Positions 1 through 11,767 are shown, numbered from the stretch's first letter. The stretch: DNA of 64,000 nucleotides from Marsupella aquatica (GCA_973895155.1 OZ316893.1:2624430-2688429), one strand, 5' to 3'. Numbers and translations: made by a program. The notes: generated by a model not told the origin, from the letters alone.

Positions 1-134
1 ACCACACGCCGCACCGGTGATGGTATCGGTGTCACGTGCTCTTCCTCCTGCTCCTCTCTCTGCCCCTGAAACCTCCGCGGTGACCCTCGTGCTTCAAGTT
101 CCACGTCTTCGAAAAACTCCTCCGAATCACTCAT
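1..134 (-). CDS. Probable start of the retroelement gag/first ORF (MSDSEEFFEDVELEARGSPRRFQGQREEQEEEHVTPIPSPVRRV...), truncated by window edge
   Basis: ATG at 134-132, open to position 1, in element sense orientation downstream of the PBS. No diagnostic domain is visible in these 44 codons. Confidence 0.5.
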   Translation of the reverse strand, partial: MSDSEEFFEDVELEARGSPRRFQGQREEQEEEHVTPIPSPVRRV

Positions 135-1274
135 ATGAGAAAGTCACAAAAAATGTTGTTTTTCACAACTTCTCAAAAAACTCGAAACTCAACACCGCCG
201 CGTAGCCCACAAAGCTAGGAGTCCAATACTGAAAACCGAAATCAAAATCGAAATTTGACGGAAAAGTTATTCAAATTTTGGTCGAGGTGGGTAAAACCTT
301 GGGAAACTCCCCCGTTTTGACCACCTCAGGGAATAACCAAAATACCAAGTACAACCCGTTGTCGGAATTGCGATGTGATTGGTGCGCTGCATTGCCAACT
401 TCAATGGCTACGACCTCGCCGAAAAACAACCAAAAAAGTTACCGTTCGGCGGATGAAATCTTTGTCGGACGGTCAAAAAATAGCTCTCTGGTTTTTTGGA
501 ATATTCTATGACCCTTGTACAGGCCCTGTGGGAATTTTGAAAGAACAATCGAGGGGCTGACATGTGTCCTCGAACCCCCAAAACCCCCTACCACCCTTCG
601 TCGTCGAAATCTGGTCGCGCGCGCAGAAAATACACACGGCAGAATGTACCCCTCGACACCAAACGCAAGATATCTCACTCGGGTTTTGACTAAATCAAGA
701 TCCGATTTCAGATTTGGAAACTAGACTCCGAGGTGATGAAGATCGATATAAGAAGCACCCAAAACGAGGAAAGAACAAGGGAGAAAAAAATTGGTAAAGA
801 TGACAGATTTCTCTCAATTGCCATAGCCAATTTCGAATCAGTTTTTCAAAGAGAAAAAAATGGTACCTTGTCAACAACGAATGTTGATCAATTGCACTTG
901 GTGCCGTCACCAAGTCCAACAAGGTAATTGATTTTGCTTAGCCTTCCTCTTTGCATCAAAGAGCCAATCCCGGACTCAAAAACAATCGTCTTGCCTCAAT
1001 CTCTCCGTTGAGTCAAAACACTTGATGCTTCTCCCTCTGAGTCGATTGCCAACTTTCTTCACAAAATCCAGAACGACGAAAACTTAGATCTCTCTGCACC
1101 ACGAGCTCCGTTCAACGATTTCTTCACACCGTTAGAAAGCTCTTGCCCTGATCTATCCGTTGAGCCTATAAACTCCAAGTTCCATGCGATGGAACTCTGG
1201 AAAATCCACCAACACTCAACGCTGGAAAAACCGTCATGAAATCCCGTCACGAACACACGTCACCTCCCAAGCAT

Positions 1275-1286
1275 GCTCTGATACCA
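1275..1286 (-). other. Primer-binding site complementary to initiator tRNA-Met
   Basis: Minus-strand TGGTATCAGAGC immediately internal to the LTR. Confidence 0.9.
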
Positions 1287-1547
1287 ATTGTTGAGCATAG
1301 ACGACGATCGCAACGGCAAGCCCATGAACCATCCAACGCACAATAGTCGACACAAGAGATACGTGGTTCACCTCCTTGAGGCTACGTCCACGGGAACACA
1401 CAAGAGAGCTTTACTGAACTCTAAGCCCGTCGGCTATACCGAGTCTCCACAGTGTAAGCTCTCCCTATCTCTCAAGTGGCTCCATAACAATGAGCCTTGG
1501 TCCTACCTCTCCAAGCACACATGCCTCTTATGATATAGTGTGCAACT

Positions 1548-1692
1548 TAGTTGTACCTAACCACATAGTTGTACCTAACCACATAGTTGTACCTAATCAC
1601 GTAGTTGTACCTAACCACATAGTTGTACCTAATCACGTAGTTGTACCTAACCACGTAGTTGTACCAACCCACGTTGTTGTACCAACCACGTC
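1548..1692. repeat. 18-bp minisatellite in LTR U3 (TAGTTGTACCTAACCACA-type, 8 units)
   Basis: Directly visible tandem units; they translate as the spurious VVPNH(I/V) repeat. Confidence 0.9.
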
Positions 1693-1844
1693 ATACCTAA
1701 CCTAGACATAAGAGTAAATACCCAACACTTCGCCGAAAGCTGCTGTTGCATAATTACCATTTTTATACAGTACTTGTTTTGAAAAAGACTTCAATTGTTT
1801 TCTACCAGCTTCACGGTATGCAACAGCAGCTTTAATCAAAGCCA

Positions 1845-4060
1845 TCAAAAGGGTTTAGAGTGTAGACTAGTGCTATCTCCTTGCTTTCCACATTCACAAA
1901 TTATTAGAGTATCTACTTACAATAATGGACACTTACAATAATGGACCCTTAATCTACTTTTACATGGTCCCCCAGGTCCATGAACACACCCTAATTTATT
2001 TTTACATCAAACTGCCAAAAGCAGAAGGCGCCCAACTGGGAGACACGATCCCACAGGCCAAAAACCCAATCAAGGGAGAACACAAAAAAGGCCAAAACAT
2101 TTATCAGTTTAGGGTTAACACCAGGCAGGGTTTCCCGCACAAGAGGAGACACAAAAACCAAATTCTACCTATCCGCATACTGAAGAGCCTGGTCAAGCTC
2201 ACGAGTAAACTGCATACTAGGAGGAAAGGGAATCCGACTAGTTGCTCGAAACCCACCTGCATCTCCCCTACAAAGAATGGTTAGAACTCAATAAGAAGAA
2301 CCCACTAACTTAAAGTATGGTTGGTTTATAGTGCCCCTAGCTAACTATACCATTTTTCAATAATTAGTACATGGTTGAATCTCAACAAAAGCTTGAGCAA
2401 CCCCAATTTGCACCTTAAAAACTCTCAACCCAAACGGGCTTTTGACCCACAACAAATAATGGCCAAAAACTCTCTTAATGCGCCTTTGAATACTAATGTA
2501 CCCGAGTAGAACCAAATAAACATATGAAAACTCAAAAAGAATAACTAAGAAATTTAAAGTATGGTTGGTTTAAAGTTCCTCCTTCTTATTTGGCACGTTA
2601 AATTTGAATTCTCTTTGACCCTGAGTTCTCGGGACAAACTATAAATTGTAGTAGTTTCACAAAAAACACACATAGTTGTATTTGTTTAGGTTTGGGTCTG
2701 GCATAACCATTGGCCCGGAACTTTGAAATGGACATGCCCCAAGGGCCCACACATGGGCCCACAATGAGGTTTGACTAAGGCTAACCCCAGGTTAAGGTTT
2801 GAATCAGGGGCTTTAGGGTTTAGACTAGTGCTATCTCTTTGCTTAGTTCCCACAGTCACTCACAAATTATCTACTTACAATAATGGACACTTACAATGCA
2901 ATAACGGACACTTACAATGCAATAACGGACACTTACAATAATGCCTGGACCCTTAATCTACTTTTACATTCTCCCCCAGGTCCATGAAAACAAAGGGTTC
3001 GCCAAGTAGAAAAGAGACCATCAATGAAATGATCAAGACAAGACTTGAACAGTGTCATTTGCAAGTTCCTAGCTTCATCCAAAATATTAATCATGTATTA
3101 TCCATCTGGGAATAGTTTGATACAACATTTTGATCAATAATGGACTGTCTTGGACCTTAATCCGGACCTTAATCTTTTACATTTTGTCACCAATAATTTT
3201 TGCTTCTTTCAACAGTTGAAAATGTGCAAGGTTGAAATACTTTGGATATCAACATATGCTAATAGCACTAATTTTTTATATCAAACTGCCAAAAGAAGAA
3301 GGTGCCCAACTGGGAGACAAGATTCCACAGGCCAAAAACCCAATCAAGGGAGAACACAAAAAAGGCCAAAACATTTATCAGTTTAGGGTTAACAGCAGGC
3401 AGGGTTTCCCGCATAAGAGGACACACAAAAACCAAACCCTACCTATCAACATACTGAAGAGCCTGGTCAAGCTCAGTCGTAAACTGCATAGGAGGGTTAA
3501 GCAAAGGAATCCGACTAGGTGCCCGAAACCCACCTGCCTCTCTCTTACAAAGAATGGTTAAAACACAATAAGAAGAACCCACTAACTTAAAGTATGGTTG
3601 GTTTATAGTGCTCCTAGCTAACTATACCATTTTTCAATAATTAGTACATGGTTGAATCTCAACAAAAGCTTGAGCAACCCCAATTTGCAACATAAAAACT
3701 CTCAACCCAAACGGGCTTTTGACCCACAGCAAATAATGGCCAAAACTCTCTTAATGCGCCTTTGAATACTAATGTACCCGAGTAGAACTAAATAAACATA
3801 GTGAAAACTCAAAAAGAATAACTAAGAAATTTAAAGTATGGTTGGTTTAAAGTTCCTCATTCTTATTTGGTATGTTAAATTTGAATTCTCTTTGGCCCTG
3901 AGTTCCCGAGACAAATTATAAATTGTAATAGTTTCACAACAAACACAAATGGACCTTGTATTTGTTTAGGTTTGGATCTGGCACAACCATTGGCCCGGAA
4001 TTTTGAAATGGACATGTCACAAGAGACCACATGGGCGCCCACAATGAGGTTTGACTACTT
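1845..4060. repeat. Diverged tandem duplication (copy 1 ~1845-2805, copy 2 ~2806-4060 with ~280 bp extra at ~2990-3265), each with a LINE-like 3' end
   Basis: Long colinear matches, e.g. AGACTAGTGCTATCTC at ~1865 and ~2822, ATCAAACTGCCAAAAG at ~2006 and ~3279, CCCACAATGAGGTTTGACTA at ~2758 and ~4038. Confidence 0.85.
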
Positions 4061-4076
4061 GGTTGTTCAAGGGCTT

Positions 4077-5487
4077 TAGGGTTTAGCTAGGGTTTAGTTA
4101 GGGTTTAGGCTGAAACCCTTAAAAACCCTAAACCCTGAACCCTGAACATAAAACCCTAGAACCCTAAACATTATTTAGGTTAACCTTAAGCCTAAACATC
4201 GATAACAGTCCTTAATCCTAAGATGCTCGGGGGGTTGACTATCAAAAATCTTAGGAACCACGTGCGATCCGAAATAGGTATTTTTCATAGAAATCAGCTA
4301 AGATGACTTTGGGTTAATTGTACAAATAAATAATGGTTGCACAAGACTGAGAGAGGCCCTTGTAGTTGTTGGGTATTTACTCTTACGTCTAGGTTAGGTA
4401 TGACGTGGTTGGTACAACAACGTGGGTTGGTACAACTATGTGGTTAGGTACAACTACGTGATTAGGTACAACTATGTGGTTAGGTACAACTACGTGATTA
4501 GGTACAACTATGTGGTTAGGTACAACTAAGTTGCACACTATATCATAAGAGGCATGTGTGCTTGGAGAGGAAGGACCAAGGCTCATTGTTATGGAGCCAC
4601 TTGAGAGATAGGGAGAGCTTACACTGTGGAGACTCGGTATAGCCGACGGGCTTAGAGTTCAGTAAAGCTCTCTTGTGTGTTCCCGTGGACGTAGCCTCAA
4701 GGAGGTGAACCACGTATCTCTTGTGTCGACTATTGTGCGTTGGATGGTTCATGGGCTTGCCGTTGCGATCGTCGTCTATGCTCAACAGTAGTAAGTTAAA
4801 TTAATAATGGTTGCACAAGGATTAAGAGATCAAGGGTTACCCTAGGGTTTAAACACATAATATATATAATCAGATTTAGGGTTTAGGGGTTTAGGGTTTA
4901 GATATAATAAGATTAAGGGGTGTTTACCTGAGTAGGTTTAATAATTCATATGTGTTGTGAAATCTTAGGCGAGTATTAGCCTTAGTTATAGGGTTTAGCT
5001 AGGGTTTAGTTAGGGTTTAGGCTGAAACCCTTAAAAACCCTAAACCCTGAACCCTGAACATGAAACCCTAGAACCCTAAACATTACTTAGGTTAACTCTA
5101 TTTAACCTTAAGCCTAAACATCGATAACAGTCCTTAATCCTAAGATGCTCGGGGGGTTGACTACAAAAATCTTAGGAACCACGTGCGATCCAAAACATGT
5201 ATTTTTCATAGAAATTAGCTAAGATGACTTTGGGTTAATTGTACAAATAAATAATGGTTGCACAAGACTGAGAGAGGCCCTTGTAGTAAGTTAAATTAAT
5301 AATGGTTGCACAAGGATTAAGAGATCAAGGGTTACCCTAGGGGTTAAACACATAATATATATAATAAGATTTAGGGTTTAGGGGTTTAAGGTTTAGATAT
5401 AATAAGATTAAGGGGCGGTTACCCGAGTAGGTTTAATAATTCATATGTGTTGTGAAATCTTAGGCGAGTATTACCCTTAGTTATAGG
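4077..5487. repeat. Tandem duplication of a ~500 bp unit (A 4077-4992 including solo LTR; B 4989-5487) containing degenerate telomeric TTTAGGG/CCCTAAA repeats
   Basis: Near-identical sequence TAGGGTTTAGCTAGGGTTTAGTTAGGG...CTTAGTTATAGG in both copies. Confidence 0.9.
4367..4787 (+). mobile_element. Solo LTR of the same family as 1289-1727, opposite orientation
   Basis: TGTTGG...CAACA termini, perfect 5-bp TSD GTAGT (4362-4366 / 4788-4792), no PBS or PPT. At 421 bp it is one 18-bp unit shorter than the other LTR. Confidence 0.95.
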
Positions 5488-7990
5488 CTATTAAATAATG
5501 GTAGTAAAAAGAACAAATCAGGTTAGCTTAGTAATTTAAATAAATTATGGTAGTAAAAAGATTGAATGAGGTTACCTTAGTAGGTTAAATAATGATGGTA
5601 GTAAAAATATTAAATGAGGTTAAATAAATTATGGTAGTACAAATGGTAAATTTAATCGTAAAGGAAGTAAGTTACCTTAGTAGTAAATGTATAATGGGTG
5701 CAAATTAAAAGATTAGGTGAGGATCCCCATAGCAAGTTAAAAATTTGTTTCAATTTACAAGCATATAATTGAAAATTTTATTAATTTTACGGCCAAGGCC
5801 TTGTAAACTTTTCTCTGCTCGAAGGGTACCTCCGGGCATTTACAAGACAAGATATGATCAGTTTGCATCAGATCGATTGGGCATGAGAATCAGTTACCGA
5901 AGGCCAAGGCAATCATAACCAGGTCAAAATTCAAAATTCAAAATTCCCCCCAAAAGTTTCATTTTGAAATGCGAACTTCCAGAATCCTCTTGTGGAGTCA
6001 AAAACGTTAAGTCTGTTTTGATCGTCTATGGAGTTCATTTACTAGGAAAGGGTTTTGATTCAGGAGAGCTACGAGGAGATCGCTTCAAGCTGCGAGGAGA
6101 GCGCTTCAAGCTGCGAGGAGAGTGCTTCAAGTGCTGGGAGGGGATACTTCAAGAGGAGAGCTGGGAGGAGTTCTTAGAGTACAGATTGTTCAAGGAGATA
6201 GAGATTAACACGGGGATTAACATTGAAGAGCGATCGAGGAGATTAGACAGTCAGCCTTCATCAAAGAGTCATAGTGTGCGACTATAGAGGAACTGGCAAG
6301 AGACTGCACGAGTTATTTGTTGATGAAGATTGAGTGAACTGTCTAGAGTGGCAGAGAAGATATACAAGCTGTATGTGTCTTGAAACTGTAAGTAACCATC
6401 CATTCGAGTTCTTCCTTTTTGCATTAGTTCTTCTTCAATCTTAGAATGAGAGATTGAATTGATGAATTAGATTGTGATGTGTGAACTCAATTCACTTCAT
6501 AATATATATGAATCTTGAACTCAAGAATCATTCCCTAACTCGAACTTAAGTGAGAATTTAATCATTAAGATTGTAGATTGTATTTGTAACTGAGTAATAT
6601 ATCCGATTCATTCTAATGTTTGATGAGGTTAATCTTTTGTTAACCTGTTCAACTTCAATCATAATCTACCTGAGTGTAGATTTTCACAAACTAACTAGCG
6701 TGACGGTTACTTGACATACATAATTTAAAATTGAACGCATATAAGCAAACAAAGATACTTGAATGAAAGTAACATATATGTATGTGCTTTCTCCTAGATT
6801 TAACACCAAATAACTTGTGGGAGAATGTTATTATGATAAGTATTTGTGGTTGGTACATGAGCCCTACCTTTGTCATGTTGTGGTTTTCTTAAACAAATGA
6901 CTTCTGAGGTGACTAGGAAACCTCTAATACTTCAAGTAGATGATCAAAACTTTAAAAAGTGACCATGAACCATGGTTCGTGTGCCTAGTAAGAGGCTTAT
7001 CTGATGGCATTAATTATCTAATACTCGGAGTGAACCAACTCTACACCTACATGTAAAAAGTGACTTCGAACCATGGTTCAAACCATATCAAACTAACTCA
7101 ACTTGTAGATGGGAAAATGAAAGGTGAGTGCAAATCATGGTACGTAGCCCTTGAATTAATGAGCCTTATTTAACAGCATCATCTAAAACTAGGAGTAAAT
7201 TACCAAACTGACTAGTATACTCCTAGCTAGAAAAATAAAAATGTGACTATGACCAAAGGCCACAAACCATGGTTCATAGTCACATGATCTATATGATACA
7301 TGAACCTCAGTCTCCTGCTTTGCTTAAGTATGATTATAACTCTCTTTAATATTGTTTACATTCTGGTCAAGAGAAACTCATACATAAGTCCAATAGAATA
7401 CATTTGATAAAGACTTTCTTATGAATTCTAAACTGATGGAATTATTACACATCAAACAATTATAATGCAAGATGACTTTCTCTTGTAATACTGATTTGCT
7501 TTTGTTTTAACATGTATCATTCATGGTGAATTTAAACCTAGCCTGAACACTGTTTCTTGATGACAATACTATAAAAACACCCCATAAGAAACACTTCATA
7601 TCTATAATATGATAAAAGATAGTCATGGTAATTATACGCCTTAGTACTTTTTTTATATTCTCATTAATGGAGCGAACCATGGTTTGCAGTTGCCATCTTG
7701 TGGTAAGACATCATTTAAGTATGTAGTAGTTTAGGGTTTTGGGTCAAATGTACACAATGCTTCTTGAACTCAATGGTAAGTAACAACCTGCCAACTTAGT
7801 TGTGAGGGCAACTCATCTCAGACAATTACACGAGAGTTCAAGGCTATTGAGAAACAAGGGAAACAAAGTAGGTCTGGAAAACTAAGACAAAAAGTATACG
7901 GTCCCTTGGGTATATTCAGAGAAAAAAACAACAACTATATCTTAGGAACAGAGGTTAACTTTGATTTGGATTGAATGTGCAGTTAAAATA

Positions 7991-10900
7991 ATGGCGACAT
8001 CTTGGATTATTGTCGGTGAAACCGTAGGTTTGTGCATATCAAATAAAATGGTTGCGAAGGGTATCATTCAAAGTGTGGATCCATCTCGGATTTGCCATAA
8101 TGTTCCTCTTGGGCCTCTTCAAGTTCTTGTTACTTTGAAATAAGTATTTGATGGGGAAATTCAATGGGATCATGGTGAAAGCTTGGCTGACATGATAGGA
8201 TCTTTTCTAGTCTGGAAAAAAGGTCAACTTCAGCAACTTGAAATGGTTACTGGATACCTACCTACTACCTCATACAAGAATGGAGCTTCAACGAGCAATG
8301 GAAGTGATACCAGCCAACCAGAGATCTCAAATGAGAACGAAGCTCAAGGAAACCAACCGGAGTGGTCAAATGAGAATGGAGTTGAATCTAGTGGAAATCC
8401 TCTTCGAATTTCATCCACAAGTTTATGGATGGGAATGGTTGTTAAAGTACTTGATGAAACACATTTTGCCTTTGCCATTGCAAGAGTAATGGCTGTTAAT
8501 CCAGAAGTGACATTGGGAGATACTACTCTTCGAAATACACATGTGGGAATCTTGATTGATGAATATATTCAAGGTGCAACCAATGATCACCTGAAACATA
8601 GAGATTGTTTGAGGGCATGGCCATTGGATAGGCTCGTCACAAGTAACGGAAGGCTATTAGCCTCATTTTTTGTAGATGCAGAGGAGGAGGATCTAGATGC
8701 TTCAAGTCGAAAGAGATCATACATTCCAATAACCAGAAAAAGAAAACAACCTTCTCTTTCTTTGTCAAAGAAAGACAAGTCCCTTTCCAAAGAAGATGTG
8801 GAGGAAATCAGAAAACAGAAATGTTGCCTTCGTCGGTGCTGCCATCTTCTTGACCCTCATGTGGCAAGGGGGATTAGGGAGAACTATTGGGAGAAATCAT
8901 TTGAGATGCGAAAAGAGTATGAGATCAATGCTATTGTCAATATATTGGAACTATCTAATACTGAAAAACTAATCATCATTGAAGGGAAGGCAATATGCTT
9001 GGAGGCATGGAGGATTTTGCACTCCAAAGGGCGAAGTCAATTCTATGAGCTCAGAAAGGCTGTGGGTAATGGGGTGAGGATAGCTTATCATGGAAACCAA
9101 GGAAAGAGAAGGATGACTGAACGAGTTTCTCAAGCCTATATGTCATTGCATGGGTTGATTGATGAGTGCGCAGATCTTCATCCTGCAAAAATGAGGACGA
9201 CTGCAGACAAATCTCGACAAGTTTTAAAGGAGCTACCTACAAGTTATACTTGGGAAAGTATTAGGAACAAGCTCAATGCTACAAATTTAGAGCTTGGTCT
9301 TCAACCAATCTCCCAGTCCACATTGAGTATTTTACATCAAAAGTACTTCAAGGAAGTGACGATTCATAAGAAAGGCAATAACTTTTCCAAGTGTACAACT
9401 TGTAGTGAGTTGATGCAACGGAAAGCAAATCTGACCGGTGTGAAAGAAGAGATTGAGATTTTAAAGAGGGATGAAATCGCTCATCATCGTGATCATACCG
9501 AAGGCAGATTATTATATCACTCTTGGAGACGCCAGTCTGTTGATAATCCAAAACAGGTCTTATGCATAATTCATGATAAAATGGATCATTGTAAGACTGC
9601 ACTACCAAGGATGCCCTTTTGTCCGAAAGAAGTGGATGGTGCGATTAAACTTCCAATTACCTTGACTGGTATTTTGACTCATGGCCATGGTCCAAAAGCT
9701 ATTGCTCAATATAACGTTGGAGTGTGGGCACCTGATGCCAATGCCACAATTGGTTCACTTGACACAATACTTCGAATGTTGGAAAATCCAGAACCGATGA
9801 TCAAATCTTTAGTGGAAGGGCCAGATTCCACAAAACTATTTGAAAACTTGCTTGAGGGGCGAGGACCTATATTGGAGGGAAAACTTCGTGAAGCATTTAA
9901 GGACGAAATATCAAATCTAGGTAATTATTTCACTTCAATGCAAATAAGTGTTGTTATTTTTATGCCATATTCAATATCAACCATGCTTCCTTTGTAAGTG
10001 ATGTGACCTTCCAAGGTGTCAACCAGAGTTCATTGTCAGTTGACATAAAGATTGTTATTATTCGCTCATGTGAGAGTCATTTTCTTAGGATATGTCCTTG
10101 TTTGTTATTTTATGTGATAAGTGCAAACCATGGTTCATTGATAGTTTATTTCAAAGTATGAACCATTTTTTATTGTTAGTTTATTTGAGAGCACAAACCA
10201 TGGTTCATTGTAACTAGCTTATTGAAAGTGTGACCCATGGTTTGTTGTTAGTGTATGCAAAACTTAGTGAGAACCATGGCTTGAACCGTTGACTATTTAT
10301 TTCAGACTCGAAACTATAGTTCATTTGAGTTTATGTTCATAAATCGTTGCCCATGATGGTATATTATTGGTTATTCTATATGTCTAAGAAAATATGTAGG
10401 CTCTATGAAAATGTTTTGGCTCTAAATTAATTATTGACCCTAATATATATGGTTCTTAAATTTTTGCAGCGAAGTCACACTCATTGGATGCGTCTACTAC
10501 CTTCAAGCCTCTTCCAAGAGTTTTGAAGTTACAACTTGACAATTGTGCAGGAGATAACAAAAACAGATATGTGTTGGGTTATTTGTCCCTACTGACGGCA
10601 AGAGATGTTTTTGAAGAGATTCATCTGGGATTTCTCATGGTCGGACATACTCATGAGGATGTTGATGCTATGTTTGGCCATTTCTCTGAAAGTTTAATGC
10701 GTAACCCAACCTATTCTTTGGCAGATCTAATGTCATTGTTAATGGGGGCAAGGACTCCACATCCAGTTCCCCATTTCGTGCAAGAGGTGCCCGATTTTAA
10801 ATCATACTTGGAACCATACTTGCTTAAAGGAGGGGACTCATTGGTGGGGCATTTGCAACCACGACTATTTCAATTGTATGTGCGTGATGATGGTATGCCA

Positions 10901-11767
10901 TGCCTTCAATACAAAATGAAATGCCAAGAGGATGATTGGCTCCCAAGAGAAGGTATTGAGATGTGGTCGTGGACGGATGATAATAGTCCAAAACTTCCCG
11001 TAGGAGAACCAAAAAGATTACCAATGATAGAAATGGCCATGGTAGAGGAGGTGCGACAAGGACTACATAAGCAAGTGAAATTTTTTAATTTTGTCTGCAA
11101 TCGAACTACTTCAGAAGAAGGAAAGGGTAGATGGGTGGCACTGATACAATACTGGAATCAAATTATCCATACTTTGGAGACAGAGGCGGTGCAATATAGA
11201 TCTGGAGAGGAACACTTGGTTCATGGATTTTGGCCCATGTCAAAATGGAGAGATAGTGTTCCTTTGCAATACCGCAATGTGGCATGTGAGTTGGATGCAA
11301 AGATTGGGTATGTGGGACCAAGGAAAGACAAACCTCGTGAAACTTTTAACCCAAGGGTAGATATCATGAAAGATAATTATATCTTGGTTCGGCCAGACAC
11401 AGCTGACCTAGATATTTACCCAATTTATTTGGGCAAAGTGATTAGTAATGTGGAAGAAGGAGAGTTGAATGCCAACAATCAACTTGAACATGTGTGTATT
11501 GTGGAGTGGTATAGGCCTTACATGCTAAGAAAACGTGGTCAGCCAGAATATGAGCCATGACAGCGGTGGTTAGATTGTTGGAATCAACAATGGGAACGTG
11601 ATCCAGGGTATTCCACTGAGACAATAAGTGTGAACACTGTACTATGGTGTTTCAAGGGACGGACCACAGCCAAAAGTGGCTTAGTTAGAATAGCAAAAAG
11701 TCATGCAATGAAAGCAAGAGACAATTTGAATAGATGCTTAGAGGATGAGGCAGCATCAACTTCATGA
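7991..11767 (+). pseudogene. Sola-like (DUF7869-type) DDE transposase gene, two coding exons (7991-9920, 10470-11767), two in-frame premature stops
   Basis: Motifs KCTTC..H..H, IIHDKMD, QLDNCAGDNKN and FLMVGHTHEDVDAMF are typical of Sola-type DDE transposases. The GT-AG intron 9921-10469 joins the ORFs in frame. Stops TAA 8141-8143 and TGA 11558-11560 are each followed by continued open frame. Confidence 0.8.
10120..10330. repeat. Degenerate ~36-bp minisatellite with palindromic AACCATGGTT core inside the transposase intron
   Basis: Cores at ~10126, 10161, 10196, 10232, 10272, 10311. Isolated copies also lie at ~6968, 7069, 7265, 7675. Confidence 0.7.

Larger units (their letters stand above)
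1..1727 (-). mobile_element. 5' end of an LTR retrotransposon (LTR 1289-1727, tRNA-iMet PBS, ~1.15 kb leader, start of probable gag); element continues off the left edge
   Basis: The TG...CA-bounded 439 bp segment 1289-1727 is nearly identical to the inverted copy at 4367-4787. GCTCTGATACCA at 1275-1286 is the reverse complement of the canonical PBS TGGTATCAGAGC, 2 nt from the LTR. Confidence 0.92.

Noticed and set aside
1490-1705. VVPNH-repeat ORFs (also 4389-4586) and ORFs 1288-1533 / 4543-4785
   Set aside because: They are translations of the LTR and its 18-bp minisatellite, antisense to the element, with no sign of a real protein.
1925-3561. Paralogous ORFs 1925-2284 and 3232-3561
   Set aside because: They are the antisense reading of a duplicated LINE-like 3' tail; similarity comes from the DNA duplication.
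5964-6287. 107-aa ORF with ELRGERFK repeats
   Set aside because: Produced by a 21-bp triple repeat in the probable transposase 5' leader, with a non-ATG start.
10120-10330. CRISPR-like regularly spaced palindromic repeats
   Set aside because: The spacers are similar to each other (degenerate tandem repeat), the context is a eukaryotic intron, and there are no cas genes.
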